From Spirochaetia bacterium (GTDB taxonomy: Bacteria; Spirochaetota; Spirochaetia; SZUA-6; Bin103), in NCBI GenBank assembly GCA_965208575.1, contig CBDBOV010000004.1, forward strand, positions 64,001 to 128,000: a stretch of DNA of 64,000 bases, in the 5' to 3' direction. This document shows, piece by piece, positions 50,432 through 60,932 of the stretch (its first letter is position 1; every line of letters starts with the position of its first letter). A program made the translations under genes and the position numbers. The notes beneath the pieces were generated by a model. The model ran no database searches and was not told where the DNA came from. It saw only the letters and a program-made list of their open reading frames with translations.

Positions 50432-51202
50432 TCAGCCGCTCACTGTGAAGGAACTGGCGGTGTATACCAGGCCCTGGCCCGGCTGCAGGGGCACCACGTC
50501 GGTGCCGGGACTGAGGAACTTCACCTGCCGGGTCAGCTCCTCGATGTCGGCGGGCTGGCCGAGCGCCTCGCTGTAGTGACAGGGAATGACCACGTCGGCA
50601 CGGACCAGGCTGGCCGCGCGCGCTCCCTCCCGCACGCCCATGGTGAACTTGCCGCCGACCGGCAGGATCGCCACCTGCGGGCCGTACATCTGGCTGATCA
50701 ACTGCATGTCGCTGAACAGGCAGGTGTCGCCGGCGTCGTACACGGTGATGCCGTTGTCGTACGCCATCACGTAGCCGGCCACCGCCCCGCCGGTGTGGTA
50801 CAGCACCCCCTCCGGCAGCGGGCGCGGCAGCACGTGGTCGGACAGCGAGTGCGAGTGGTGCGCCTGGGTCATGGTGATCTCGACGTCTTCGATCGACGTC
50901 GTGCCGCCGGGATTGAGATGGTGCACGTTGTCGGCCGCCACGCCCACCTGCATCGCCACCTCGCACAGTTCATAGTGACCGACGAAGGCGGCACCCGTGC
51001 GCCGGCAGATCTCGTAGCAGTCGCCGATGTGGTCCACGTGGCCGTGGGTGGCGAGCACGATGTCCGCCCTGTCCACCTCGGCGGCGGCCATGGTGGCCGT
51101 GGGGTTGCCGTCGAGCCACGGGTCGAAGTAGCTGACCGTGCCGCGTTCCGACTCGAACCGGAACGAGGCGTGTCCGAGAAAGGTGATGGTGAGTTGTGCC
51201 AT
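50432..51202 (-). CDS. Metal-dependent hydrolase, MBL fold (UPF0173-like)
   Basis: TFLGHASF, THGHVDH, YDAGDT, LPVGG.FTM and IPCHY. Confidence 0.9.
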   Translation of the reverse strand: MAQLTITFLGHASFRFESERGTVSYFDPWLDGNPTATMAAAEVDRADIVLATHGHVDHIGDCYEICRRTGAAFVGHYELCEVAMQVGVAADNVHHLNPGGTTSIEDVEITMTQAHHSHSLSDHVLPRPLPEGVLYHTGGAVAGYVMAYDNGITVYDAGDTCLFSDMQLISQMYGPQVAILPVGGKFTMGVREGARAASLVRADVVIPCHYSEALGQPADIEELTRQVKFLSPGTDVVPLQPGQGLVYTASSFTVSG

Positions 51203-51234
51203 GGGGTAGTCCCTCCTGCTTGGCCAAGGTAGTG

Positions 51235-51606
51235 TCAGCGACGCTGGAACAGTTGCAGCAGCACGCCGCCGGGGCCGCGGAAGAACGCCAGCCGCAGTTC
51301 CCCGGGGGCGTCGAACGGCTCCTTCTCCAGCGTCACTCCCCGCTCGCGCAGGGCGGCCGCGGCGGCATCCACGTCGGCGACCCAAAACGACAGGTGATGG
51401 AACCCCGGCGCGACGCCCATCGCCTTCCGCGGCATCAGTTCCAGCGTGGCCGGTCCGGCGTGCAGCATTACGTAGTCTTCGTCGTCGGCACCGGTGCCGC
51501 TCGGAATGCGCTTGGCCACGGTCAGGCCGAGCACCTCGGTGTAGAACCGTTCCGCTTCGGCCACGCTGTCGACCACCACGGCCGCCTTGTGCAAGTCGCC
51601 GATCAT
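51235..51606 (-). CDS. VOC / glyoxalase family protein
   Basis: AERFYTEVLGL, HHLSFWVADVD and FFRGPGG. Confidence 0.85.
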   Translation of the reverse strand: MIGDLHKAAVVVDSVAEAERFYTEVLGLTVAKRIPSGTGADDEDYVMLHAGPATLELMPRKAMGVAPGFHHLSFWVADVDAAAAALRERGVTLEKEPFDAPGELRLAFFRGPGGVLLQLFQRR

Positions 51607-51918
51607 GGCCGGCAGTCTATCCCACATCGCCCCCGAGCGGCGAGCTTGCCGAAGTGCGCCTCCGGCGCTGCCGATGCGGGCGCGTGGGCGGCACGAGGGC
51701 GGCGGTCCGCGGTGGGCGCAGTGCCCCGGGAAGGCTATAGTCGGGCGTAATGCAGGTGTGTGAGTCAACGAGCGCCGGAGCGAGCGCATCGCGTCCGATG
51801 CGCGGTATGCAACGGCGTACGTCGCCTGCCGCAGCGTGGCAGGTAACGCGGGCGATCGTAGAACGGGTGTTCACTATGGAGCGCCGCCGGGCGAGCGGAT
51901 GGCGCCGGGGAGCGCGCC

Positions 51919-53130
51919 GTGCATGAGCTCGGTGTCGGCGCGGTAGGCTGCGGGGCGCGGGGAAGGCGCATACTGCAGCAGTTGCAAGCCACGGGCCGGG
52001 TGCGCATCGCCGCCCTGTACGATCCGGCGGACGACGCTGCCGCGCTTGCGCGGTCGGAACTTGCGCCCGGGCCGGAGCTGGTCGCCGGCTACCGGGAGGT
52101 GGTGGAGCGCGACGACGTCGACCTCGTGGTAGTCGCTTCGCCCGACCATGCCCACCGCGAGCCGGCGGTTGCCGCGTTCGAGCACGGCAAGCACGTGTTC
52201 TGCGAGAAGCCGATGGCGACCACCGTGGCAGACTGCCAGGCGATCTGGCACGCTGCGCGCGCCGCTGACCGGCACCTGTTTGTCGGCTTCGTGCTGCGCC
52301 ACGCGCCGTTCTACCGCGGCATCAAGGCGCGTATCGACCGCGGCGACCTGGGACGGGTGGTAAGCATCGAGGCAAACGAAAACCTGAGCGCCACCCAGGG
52401 AGCGTTTTTCCACCGCGACTGGCGCCGGTTCCGCAAGTTCACCGGCAGCTACCTGCTGGAGAAGTGCTGCCACGACCTCGACATTCTCACCTGGTTCGCC
52501 GGCGCACTGCCGCGCCGCGTGGCGTCGTTCGGCGGGCGGACGGTGTTCACCCCGCGCCCGTCCGCGCCGCTCTACTGCCGAGACTGCGACCTGGACTGCG
52601 CCCATCGCCTGCGCCTGGACGATCCGCCGCCGAAGCCCGCCGCTCGCGCCGAGATCGAGATGAATCACGGCCGCCGGCTCGACCTGTGCTGCTTCAACTC
52701 GGACAAGGACATCGTCGATCACCAAGTGGCGATTATCGAGTACGACAACGGCGTGCGCGCCACCTTTCACTCCAATCAGAACGGCGGCATGCCGAGCCGC
52801 CGCATGTACGTCGCGGGCGAGGCCGGCTGCATCGAGGGCGACCTGTACTGGGGCCACTTCCAGTATGCGCCGGTGGCCTGGTCGCCGCACTTCGAAGGCA
52901 GCGCGTGGCAACGGTCGAAGGTGGGCAACATCGGCCAGCATGGCGGCGGCGACGCACGGCAACTGGCCGCCTGCGTGGCCACGCTGCTGGACGGCGCGCC
53001 GCCGCCGGTGGGGGGACACGCCGGGCTGGTTGCCAGCGTCACCGCGCTGGCGATCGACGAGGCGCGGCTGCACGGCCGCGTGGTCGACCTGGGTGACCGC
53101 TGGCGCGGTCTGGGGCTGGCGGCTGCATGA
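51919..53130 (+). CDS. Gfo/Idh/MocA family oxidoreductase
   Basis: GAVGCGARG, GKHVFCEKP, LLEKCCHDLD and HGGGD. Confidence 0.9.
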   Translation: MHELGVGAVGCGARGRRILQQLQATGRVRIAALYDPADDAAALARSELAPGPELVAGYREVVERDDVDLVVVASPDHAHREPAVAAFEHGKHVFCEKPMATTVADCQAIWHAARAADRHLFVGFVLRHAPFYRGIKARIDRGDLGRVVSIEANENLSATQGAFFHRDWRRFRKFTGSYLLEKCCHDLDILTWFAGALPRRVASFGGRTVFTPRPSAPLYCRDCDLDCAHRLRLDDPPPKPAARAEIEMNHGRRLDLCCFNSDKDIVDHQVAIIEYDNGVRATFHSNQNGGMPSRRMYVAGEAGCIEGDLYWGHFQYAPVAWSPHFEGSAWQRSKVGNIGQHGGGDARQLAACVATLLDGAPPPVGGHAGLVASVTALAIDEARLHGRVVDLGDRWRGLGLAAA

Positions 53131-54746
53131 GCGCTGCCGCGCCGCCCGCGCAACGGCCCGAACGGCCCAACGTGCTGGTGTTCGTGACCGATCAGCAGCG
53201 TGCCGATTGGCTCGGCTGCGCCGGCAACGAGGTCCTGCACACGCCGCACATCGACCGCATCGCCGCCTCCGGGGTGCGCTTCTCGCGCGCCTACTGCGCC
53301 AATCCGGTGTGCATGCCGTCGCGCGCCACGCTGGTTACCGGTCTGCTGCCGAGCGACCACGGGGTGCGCGCGAACGGCATCAACCTGTCACCGCACGCGG
53401 TGGTGCTGCCGGAGATTCTGCGCCGCGCCGGCTACCGTACCGCGCTGGTGGGCAAGCCGCACTTTTCCTGCTGGTGGGCGACACCCGAGCGTACGCCCAA
53501 CATCGACTGCTACGATCCGGCCGCCCTGCCGGAGTCGCGCCACCTCTGGGACCGGCGCGTCGTAACCCGGCTGCCGGCGCCTTACTTCGGCTTCGAGGAG
53601 TCGGCGTTCGTCGGCGGCCACAGCGCGAGCGTGTTCGGCGAGTACCTGCACTGGCTCGAGGACCATCATCCGCACGCCGCGGCCGACATCGCCGCGCGCG
53701 CGAGCGTGCGTTCGAGCCTGCACCGCGAGAGCTACTATTCGCCGATTCCCGAGGAGCTGTATTACACCGAGTGGATCACCGAGCGCACCGTGCAGGCGAT
53801 CGACCGATGCAGCGGTGCAGCACCGTTCTTCCTGTGGTGTTCCTACCCCGACCCGCACCAGCCGTTCGGGCCGCCGGCCCCGTGGCACTCCCGCTACCAC
53901 GCGCACGACATGCCGCGCCCGGAGGCGTGGGACGACGACCGCTCCCTGATGCCTCCCCACCATCAGTTCGACTACTACGCGCACCGGGCGTGGGTGGCCG
54001 GCGGACCGGTACCGGCCGACGACCGCTCGCTGGCGCAGATTGCCGAGATGCGCGCCCTGGCCTACGGGATGATGGGGCTGGTCGACCGGGGGGTGGGGCG
54101 CATCCTCGATCACCTGCAGCACAACGGCCTGTTCGACAACACCATCGTGGTGTTCCTGTCCGACCATGGCGAGTTGATGGGCGACCACGGCATCCTGTTC
54201 AAGGGTCCGTACCACTACCAGGGCGTGCTGCGCGTGCCGCTGCTGGTGAGTTGGCCGGGAGGCGGGGTGCGCGCCGGCCACGCCGCCGGCGGCCTGGTCA
54301 GCCTGCTCGACCTGGTACCGACGCTGCTGGAGCTTACCGGCGTACCGTACCCCGAGGAGCCGTTCGACGACTGGCGCGGTCCCGAGGCGGCGCAGGCCGC
54401 CGGCGAGCGCAGCATGTACGATGGCGTGCCGCGGCTGCCGGGCAAGTCCCTGGTGCCGCTGCTGACCGGCGCGGCCGGCGCGGTGCAGGACGCGGTGCTG
54501 ATCGAGAACGACGAAGACTATCGCGCCGTGTCGCTGCGCACCCTGGTGGCCGACCACGCCATCTACACGCGCTATCGCGGCAACCGGCATGGCGAGTTGT
54601 TTGATCTGGCCGAGGATCCCGTGCAACGATTCAACCGCTGGGCCGACCCGGGCGCCGCCGCGCTGCGCAGCGAGATGGAGGGCCGGCTGCTGGACAAGAT
54701 CGTCGACACCCAGGCGCGCCACGTGCGCCACGTGGCGGTCGCATGA
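53127..54746 (+). CDS. Sulfatase
   Basis: RPNVLVFVTDQ, CMPSR, GKPH, SYPDPH and LSDHG. Confidence 0.92.
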   Translation: MSAAAPPAQRPERPNVLVFVTDQQRADWLGCAGNEVLHTPHIDRIAASGVRFSRAYCANPVCMPSRATLVTGLLPSDHGVRANGINLSPHAVVLPEILRRAGYRTALVGKPHFSCWWATPERTPNIDCYDPAALPESRHLWDRRVVTRLPAPYFGFEESAFVGGHSASVFGEYLHWLEDHHPHAAADIAARASVRSSLHRESYYSPIPEELYYTEWITERTVQAIDRCSGAAPFFLWCSYPDPHQPFGPPAPWHSRYHAHDMPRPEAWDDDRSLMPPHHQFDYYAHRAWVAGGPVPADDRSLAQIAEMRALAYGMMGLVDRGVGRILDHLQHNGLFDNTIVVFLSDHGELMGDHGILFKGPYHYQGVLRVPLLVSWPGGGVRAGHAAGGLVSLLDLVPTLLELTGVPYPEEPFDDWRGPEAAQAAGERSMYDGVPRLPGKSLVPLLTGAAGAVQDAVLIENDEDYRAVSLRTLVADHAIYTRYRGNRHGELFDLAEDPVQRFNRWADPGAAALRSEMEGRLLDKIVDTQARHVRHVAVA

Positions 54747-54766
54747 ACGATCACGGAGGCTGAGCG

Positions 54767-55555
54767 ATGGGAATTCGCGGAATCGGAATTGACGGGCGGG
54801 CCGCGCTGGTTACGGGGGCCGGACACGGCATAGGACGCGGGATTGCGTACGCGCTGGCACGCGAGGGGGCGCGCGTGGTGGTGAACTGGTCGCGCGACGA
54901 GGCGGCCGCCGCGCACACGGTGGGGCGCATCGCCGCCGCCGGCGGTCAGGCGGTCGCCGTCAAGGCGGACGTCGGCGACATCGACCAGTGCAAGGAGCTG
55001 GTACGCCGTTCCGAGGAGGCGTTCGGGCCGGTGGAGATCCTGATCAGCAACGCCGGCATCGGGCAGCCGCATCACATCGTCGATACGCCCGACGAGGAGT
55101 GGGAGCGGGTCATCAACGTCAACCTGCGCGCCACCTTCGCGCTGGCGCGGGCCGTCATGCCGTCGATGATCGAACACCGCTACGGGCGCGTGGTGACCAT
55201 CTCCTCCAATATCGGTTTCTTCGGCAAGGGCGGCGCGTCGTTCGCCACCTACGGCGCCTCCAAGGCGGGCCTGATCGCCCTCACCAAGGGCATCGCCCAC
55301 GAAGGCGCACCCTACATCACCGCCAACGCCATCGTGCCGGGCGGCACCAACCGGCAGACCGCCGACGAGCGCGGCGAACGGTGGCCGCCGCCGCCCGCCC
55401 ACGACGACAAGTTCTTTCTCGGCTGGCGGGTGCCGCTGAACCGCGTCGGCACCCCGGAGGACATCGCCGCCGCGGTGCTGTACTTCGTATCCGACGCCGG
55501 CTGCTACGTCACCGGCCAGTCGCTGCACGTCAGCGGCGGCTCGCTGATGCCGTAG
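54767..55555 (+). CDS. SDR family oxidoreductase (FabG-like)
   Basis: TGAGHGIG, SNAG and YGASK. Confidence 0.92.
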   Translation: MGIRGIGIDGRAALVTGAGHGIGRGIAYALAREGARVVVNWSRDEAAAAHTVGRIAAAGGQAVAVKADVGDIDQCKELVRRSEEAFGPVEILISNAGIGQPHHIVDTPDEEWERVINVNLRATFALARAVMPSMIEHRYGRVVTISSNIGFFGKGGASFATYGASKAGLIALTKGIAHEGAPYITANAIVPGGTNRQTADERGERWPPPPAHDDKFFLGWRVPLNRVGTPEDIAAAVLYFVSDAGCYVTGQSLHVSGGSLMP

Positions 55556-55676
55556 ACTCAGTCGGCCGCGGTCAAGTTGCGGCCACCGTCGCGCCGAGCG
55601 CCGCCCGGGTCGCGCGTGTTGTAGATGCCGCCGGCGGTTACGCAACGGGAGGCGGTCAGTTCTTCAAAGCCGGATG

Positions 55677-56483
55677 TCACGTGGCGGTTCCGGAGTCTTG
55701 GTCTCTCGCCCGCTTGAGCAGCTTGATCAGCGTCCCGCGCGCCTCGTCGGGGCTCTGCAGCGGCTCGGGAAATGCGACCCGCGCCAGGCGCGGGCCGCCG
55801 GAAGTGTGGGCGCGCAGGGTCACGCCGTACCGGTCGACCCCCACCATGGCGGCGCCCGTTGCGTCGTCGAGACCCGCCAGGGCGGTGACGTACAACAGGT
55901 TGGCGTCGGCGTGGTCGTCGTTCATGTGGCTGATGATGGCGCCGGCGTCCTGCGCCAGAGGGTCGACCGCCGCGTCGGCGTAGTCGTTCGCCGTGACCCA
56001 GCTCATGTGTCCGAAGCCGCCCACGAAGCGGCACTTCTCCACGTCGAGCCGCCAGAAACTGAAGTCCGAGAAGTCGACGTAGGAAGCTGCGTACGGGTGG
56101 CGTTCCAGGTACGCGTCGCGCGGGGCGGCCTGGTCTTCGGCGCACCGCAGCCTGCCCAACAGGGTCAGGCGGGCGCTGCCGAGCGGGTCGCCGTCGCGCG
56201 GCGCGGCCGCGGCGGCGAGCATGCTTGCCCGGTCGTCGCCGCGCGCATTGACGGTATGCTCGGCCAGCTCTGAGATCAACAGCAGTGGTGCCCCGCCGCC
56301 ATCCACGGCGTAGGAAACCACGCTCCCGTATGGGTAGCCGTCCGCGGTCAACGTGCACAGGGTGGCCTGCCGCTGTCCTGCGGTCAGCGTGCGCGACAGC
56401 TCTGCATCACTGGGAAACGATTCGGGTGTGCCGGCGATCGGCGGCCCGCGGCGGCCGCCGCCATGTTCACTCGGGCGTGCCAT
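55677..56483 (-). CDS. HugZ / PNPOx-like protein with DUF2470 domain
   Basis: GYPYGSVV, ISELAEHT.N, RFVGGFG and IISHMNDDH. Confidence 0.85.
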   Translation of the reverse strand: MARPSEHGGGRRGPPIAGTPESFPSDAELSRTLTAGQRQATLCTLTADGYPYGSVVSYAVDGGGAPLLLISELAEHTVNARGDDRASMLAAAAAPRDGDPLGSARLTLLGRLRCAEDQAAPRDAYLERHPYAASYVDFSDFSFWRLDVEKCRFVGGFGHMSWVTANDYADAAVDPLAQDAGAIISHMNDDHADANLLYVTALAGLDDATGAAMVGVDRYGVTLRAHTSGGPRLARVAFPEPLQSPDEARGTLIKLLKRARDQDSGTAT

Positions 56484-56687
56484 GTTCGCAGGGCAGAGTA
56501 GTGATCCGCCCGCCGCGTGTCGACAACAACGACCGCCGACGGTCGAACCGGCCGCACACCCGGGCAACAACTCGGCCCGGGGCGGCGTGGCGATGGAGGT
56601 GGCGTCCATTCCTATAGTGTTTCCCTTGATTTCGTCCACGGTCAGGAAGTTACTACATAAAATAAAAATAAAGAGCTATTCTGTCTC

Positions 56688-56716
56688 TTGACGTTTCACA
56701 TCATACCCCTTAAGGT
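56688..56716 (+). promoter_or_regulatory. Putative sigma70 promoter of the integrase, with AT-rich upstream tract
   Basis: TTGACG-17 bp-TAAGGT; GGTA(C/T) short repeats at 56713-56745 may be arm-type sites. Confidence 0.45.
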
Positions 56717-56777
56717 ACTATAGAAAGTGGTACCATAAGGTATGCCATACGTCTGATAGTTAGGAGGGTATCGAACT

Positions 56778-57956
56778 ATGAAGCGTCCGAAGCGACTTAG
56801 CGCCACCTTCGTCAGGACGGTCAATGTGCCAGGCCGTTACGGCGAAGGACGCGGCGGCTTTGGTCTTTCCCTACTGGTCAAGCCGCGAGCGGGTGGCGGA
56901 CTGTCGAAGGCTTGGGCTCAACGGTTACGTATCAACGGCAAGCCATGCAACTTCGGGCTCGGCACTTACCCAATTGTGACGCTCGCGGAAGCGCGTGCGA
57001 AAGCGTTGGAGAACGCCAGGGCCGTCGCGAAAGGGAGCGACCCCCGGAATCGACCTCACGTTCCTACATTCGAGCAGGCGGCTGAGAACGTGATCCGGCT
57101 CCACGAGCCGACGTGGCGCCTTGGCGGCGGTGCGCCCTCGGACAAAGTCTGGCGTTCTTCGCTGACGCGCCACGTCTTCCCACGGCTCGGAGCCAAGCTT
57201 GTGAGTGAAATCACGACTGCCGATGTGCTCAGTGTGCTGGTGCCGATCTGGCAGGCCAAGGCTGAGACGGCACGTCGGGTGAAGGGGCGCATCTCGACAA
57301 TCATGCGCTGGTGCATAGCGCATGGCCACATAGAGAATAACCCGGCGGGCGATGCCGTGGCCGCGGCATTGCCGAACAACCGTACCCCGCAAGCGCATCA
57401 CCGGGCTCTGGCTCACCATGATGTTGCCGGCGCGCTTGCCAAGGTGCGCGAGTCCGGCGCAAGTCGGGCCGCGAAGCTATTGTTTTCGTTCATCACGCTA
57501 ACAGCATCCCGATCTGGCGAGGCGCGCCTTGCCGATTGGTCAGAGGTCAACTTTGAGGGGCGCGTGTGGACCGTGCCGGGGGCGCGCATGAAGGCCAACC
57601 GAGATCACCGTGTGCCGCTCGCCACATCAGTGGTCGTGCTGCTGGCGGAGGCGCGGGAGCTGTCGGACGGCTCCGGGCTGCTGTTTCCGTCGCCCTCGGG
57701 GCAGCGGCCGCTAAGCAACAACACTTTGATAAAGCTTTGCCATGACCTACGGCTGGGATGTACACCGCACGGGATGAGGACCAGTTTCAGAACGTGGTGC
57801 GGCGAGACGGGGCAATCGCGGGAGCTGGCCGAGCAAGCGCTCGCACACGTCAACCCGAACAAGGTCGAGGTAGCATACATGCGAAGTGATCTGTTTGAGC
57901 GGCGACGGAACCTGATGGAGCAGTGGGCGGAATATATTGGGAGCTTATATACCTGA
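56778..57956 (+). CDS. P4-like tyrosine integrase (arm-binding + catalytic domains)
   Basis: GLGTYPIVTLAEAR, TASRSGE, MKANRDHRVPL, PHGMRTSFRTW and LAH..Y.RSDL. Confidence 0.93.
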   Translation: MKRPKRLSATFVRTVNVPGRYGEGRGGFGLSLLVKPRAGGGLSKAWAQRLRINGKPCNFGLGTYPIVTLAEARAKALENARAVAKGSDPRNRPHVPTFEQAAENVIRLHEPTWRLGGGAPSDKVWRSSLTRHVFPRLGAKLVSEITTADVLSVLVPIWQAKAETARRVKGRISTIMRWCIAHGHIENNPAGDAVAAALPNNRTPQAHHRALAHHDVAGALAKVRESGASRAAKLLFSFITLTASRSGEARLADWSEVNFEGRVWTVPGARMKANRDHRVPLATSVVVLLAEARELSDGSGLLFPSPSGQRPLSNNTLIKLCHDLRLGCTPHGMRTSFRTWCGETGQSRELAEQALAHVNPNKVEVAYMRSDLFERRRNLMEQWAEYIGSLYT

Positions 57957-58020
57957 GTGCCCAGGCCCTGGGAGGCCCGGCGGGACGATCTGCGTCCGCC
58001 GGGCCATGCGCCTCCTTCGG

Positions 58021-58455
58021 TTAGCTCAGATCGTCGATGTACGCTGCGACCTCGGCGGTGGCCACGTCGAAGGTTTCTTGCGCCTGCCGCGATGACACGC
58101 TCAGGTACTGTTTTATCTTCGGCGTTGCACACTCCTGGAGCTTCTGGGCGGCCTCTTGAAAAGTAAGGCCTTTCTGGTAGAGAAAACGGCGGATCACGGT
58201 GTCCGCGGTCATCTTCTCTAAGGAGAAAATGACCTTTGCCGAAACTGAGGCGCCCTCTTTCTCGCTCCAACTTGCTTCCACGGCGGCGTCGACTTTCGAC
58301 TTCACCTGTTTGTCGCTAAGTTCTTGGGCGCACCACGCGATCTCGTCGCGTACCACGCGCTCCAGGCGTTGCCTCTCGTCCTCGCAACCCATCAGAGCGA
58401 TGGCAAACGCCAGAGTCGCCATCGCGACGAATGGCGTCCTCCTGAAATTGATCAT
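58021..58455 (-). CDS. Hypothetical lipoprotein
   Basis: MINFRR + hydrophobic stretch + lipobox ALMGC. Confidence 0.6.
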   Translation of the reverse strand: MINFRRTPFVAMATLAFAIALMGCEDERQRLERVVRDEIAWCAQELSDKQVKSKVDAAVEASWSEKEGASVSAKVIFSLEKMTADTVIRRFLYQKGLTFQEAAQKLQECATPKIKQYLSVSSRQAQETFDVATAEVAAYIDDLS

Positions 58456-59104
58456 TCTGATCCTCCCGGTTGCGGCGGCTTGGTCTTGGTGGGTCCACCG
58501 CAACCCACCGTCCACGATACCATTGCGTGCCCGGTAGTCAAGCACTTGTCCTATAATCTTGCTAACCTCATTCTAAATAATGAGTTAGGGCAGAACAGCA
58601 GGAGGAGGCGCTTGTCACGACCTGCCGCGCTGTGGTTAGCTGCGGCTGCCATGAGCAAGAAGAAGGGGACCCAGGGAAAGGGCGAGCAGGGAGCTCAGCT
58701 GAAGAAGAACGTCAGGGGTGACTCTGTCCGACGATCTGCCGGACGTATCCAAGGTGGTCCAGCGCGCCGCATCAGGGGCCAACAGGTGCCATCACCGAAG
58801 CCGCTCCAGGGGCGAATAGGGTGTTGACGCCCGCGATCTGGTAGATGGGGATGCCGCGATCTGGTCGGCGATGATTCCCGGTGTCCGGTGTTATTCCCGA
58901 ATTGAGTGAGGTAGCCAAGTTCGCCTCATACATGCTGGACGGCGCCAGCGACGCACACAGAGGACCGACAATCTTCTTTCGGTTCGGGTTGGTGAAGGAG
59001 CAGAGCGCGGATCACCCTCAGTACGCGCCCTTGGGGTCCTGCCAAAATACGTCAATTCGGGAAAATCGGCCCGATTCGCTGACCAGAGCGCGGGCACTGA
59101 CAGC

Positions 59105-59220
59105 TACTTCGGCGGCAAGGAGAAGAACAAGCACTCGAACAAGAAGCTCCGCTTGGGCCGCGGGCGGTCGGCAAGACGGTGGTCGCTGCCGCGCGCGACC
59201 GCGAGACCAACCAGATCAGA
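59105..59220 (+). pseudogene. IS1595-family transposase remnant
   Basis: YFGGKEKNKHSNKKLRLGRG, then after a frameshift AVGKTVVAAARDRETNQIR, matching the segment after DETY in IS1595 transposases as recalled. Confidence 0.7.
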
Positions 59221-59238
59221 TCAGATCAGATCAGATCG
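59213..59238 (+). repeat. (CAGAT)5 microsatellite
   Basis: cagatcagatcagatcagatcagatc. Confidence 0.9.
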
Positions 59239-59786
59239 GCTCCGGTCAAGGTTCGGTGGGGTAGCCTTGCCGAGTTGGCTGACAAGGCGAGGGATAGGAA
59301 GCGTACCCTGCGACCGTAGCGGCGGCGCTTCACACAGGAGGAGTTCGACGAGCTGTGGACCCTGGGCGTCTCGCCCGAGGTCCTCGCACAGGCTGTGCTG
59401 AGCGCGCCCGGCAAGCCGCGCGGCGGCGTATCGAGGATCGGAGGTACAACCCAAATCCTCGCCTAAGGCCGTATCCCAAGGGTTGGAGACGGTCGAAGCC
59501 TGTAAGTGCCTTCCAGTACATCATTTATGAGTATGGTTGTGCTCCCCCACTTCCACAGGTCTGTTGCATCTCTATAAGAGAAGGCTGGCGTAAGTCCCTA
59601 CCTGCGCACGTGTTAGCGACTCTCCGGCGCGTAACGCGAGGATCAAGGTACAAGTTATGGGCTTGACGCCCCCGAGTCAAGCGCCGGCGCCGGGGCCACC
59701 CAGCGGGAGTTCGCGCTGGAGCTTGAGCCGTCGGCCTACGATGCCAGGCGTGGCGAACCCGTAGCCCTCCAGGATTTCATCGACCG

Positions 59787-60760
59787 TCAGTATCTCATGG
59801 CCGGGTATTCCAGCCCGCCCAGCTTAACGACACCGGCCTCGGCCACGAAACGCTTGAAATTACGTTCCTTGGCGGCGCTCAGCGGCTCCAGGACGATCAA
59901 CCCGGCCATGACCACCGCCAGTTCGTCTTCGAGCACGCCGCGTAGCTGCCTCAGCACGCCGATACCGATGTTCTTCCCGCCCTTCACTTCGATGATCATG
60001 GACTGAATGTCCGCGCCTTCGTACTCCGAGAAGTACAGGCGCCGTCGATCCCACCGTCCGCCGTCTTCTTGTTGGAGGCGAAACCGTGCACTCGCTCGAT
60101 TGCCCAGCACTAAAAGTGGTGCGTATCGCGCTGCCATAGCACGCGCGCACCTTCGATGGTCTCCGGTACGCCGTCGACCACGAAGTCGGTACCCTCCACC
60201 AGACCGCAGCGGTCTTCGAGCCGCGTCTGCTTCACCCGCTTGATGGCGTGCAACGCGATGTGTATGCCGATCCACTGGCGCCCCAGGTTGTTTGCCGCTT
60301 CCAATGTGGTGGCGCAACCGCAGAACGGGTCCAAAACAAGGTCTCCCGAATCGGTACACGACGAAATCAGACGCTCAAGCAACGCCACTGGTTTCTGCGT
60401 GGCGTAGCCCATACGCTCGGCTCTGTTTCAGCCCATAGTGGAAAGTCCAGGAACATCGGCAATTGTATCTTGAAGCGGCACCCCCTTAGCTTCCGACAGG
60501 TATCTTTTGAGTTTCGGCCATGCTCCGACTGTCTCCGGCCAGAATATCCGCCCGTCGTCGTCCATGGCGGGACAATTCATCAGGCGGCACCATCCAATGC
60601 CGGCCCTTGTCGGTAGGATCGAACCCTCGCCACGGTTGCCCGGTAGCGCCACGTCGTTCGCCGCTACCGGTCATGTCTCCGGTCCAATACAATCCGCGCC
60701 CGTCGTCATCGTTGTACCTGAAATAGCGCTCAATGTATGCCGGATCGTAGGGTTGCCGAA
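59787..60760 (-). pseudogene. Degraded DNA methyltransferase fused to an Mrr-like endonuclease domain
   Basis: Fragments in several frames: KRYLSEAKGVPLQD, GYATQKPVALLERLI, VLDPFCGCATT, DGGID..IIEVKGG. Internal stop and frameshifts; 5' part missing. Confidence 0.8.
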
Positions 60761-60932
60761 CGTTCGACCACTTGTGCCTGTTACCGGCCGCGCCAGTCTC
60801 GCCTGGCCGGCTACCGGAAGTGTCGCCACTTGCGCCACTTCCGGTACTTCACGATCAGCACGATAATCCCGACCACGAACGGCAGCGTTACTAGGTTCAC
60901 CCACTCCCAGCCCGGTATGACCAGCTTCACCA

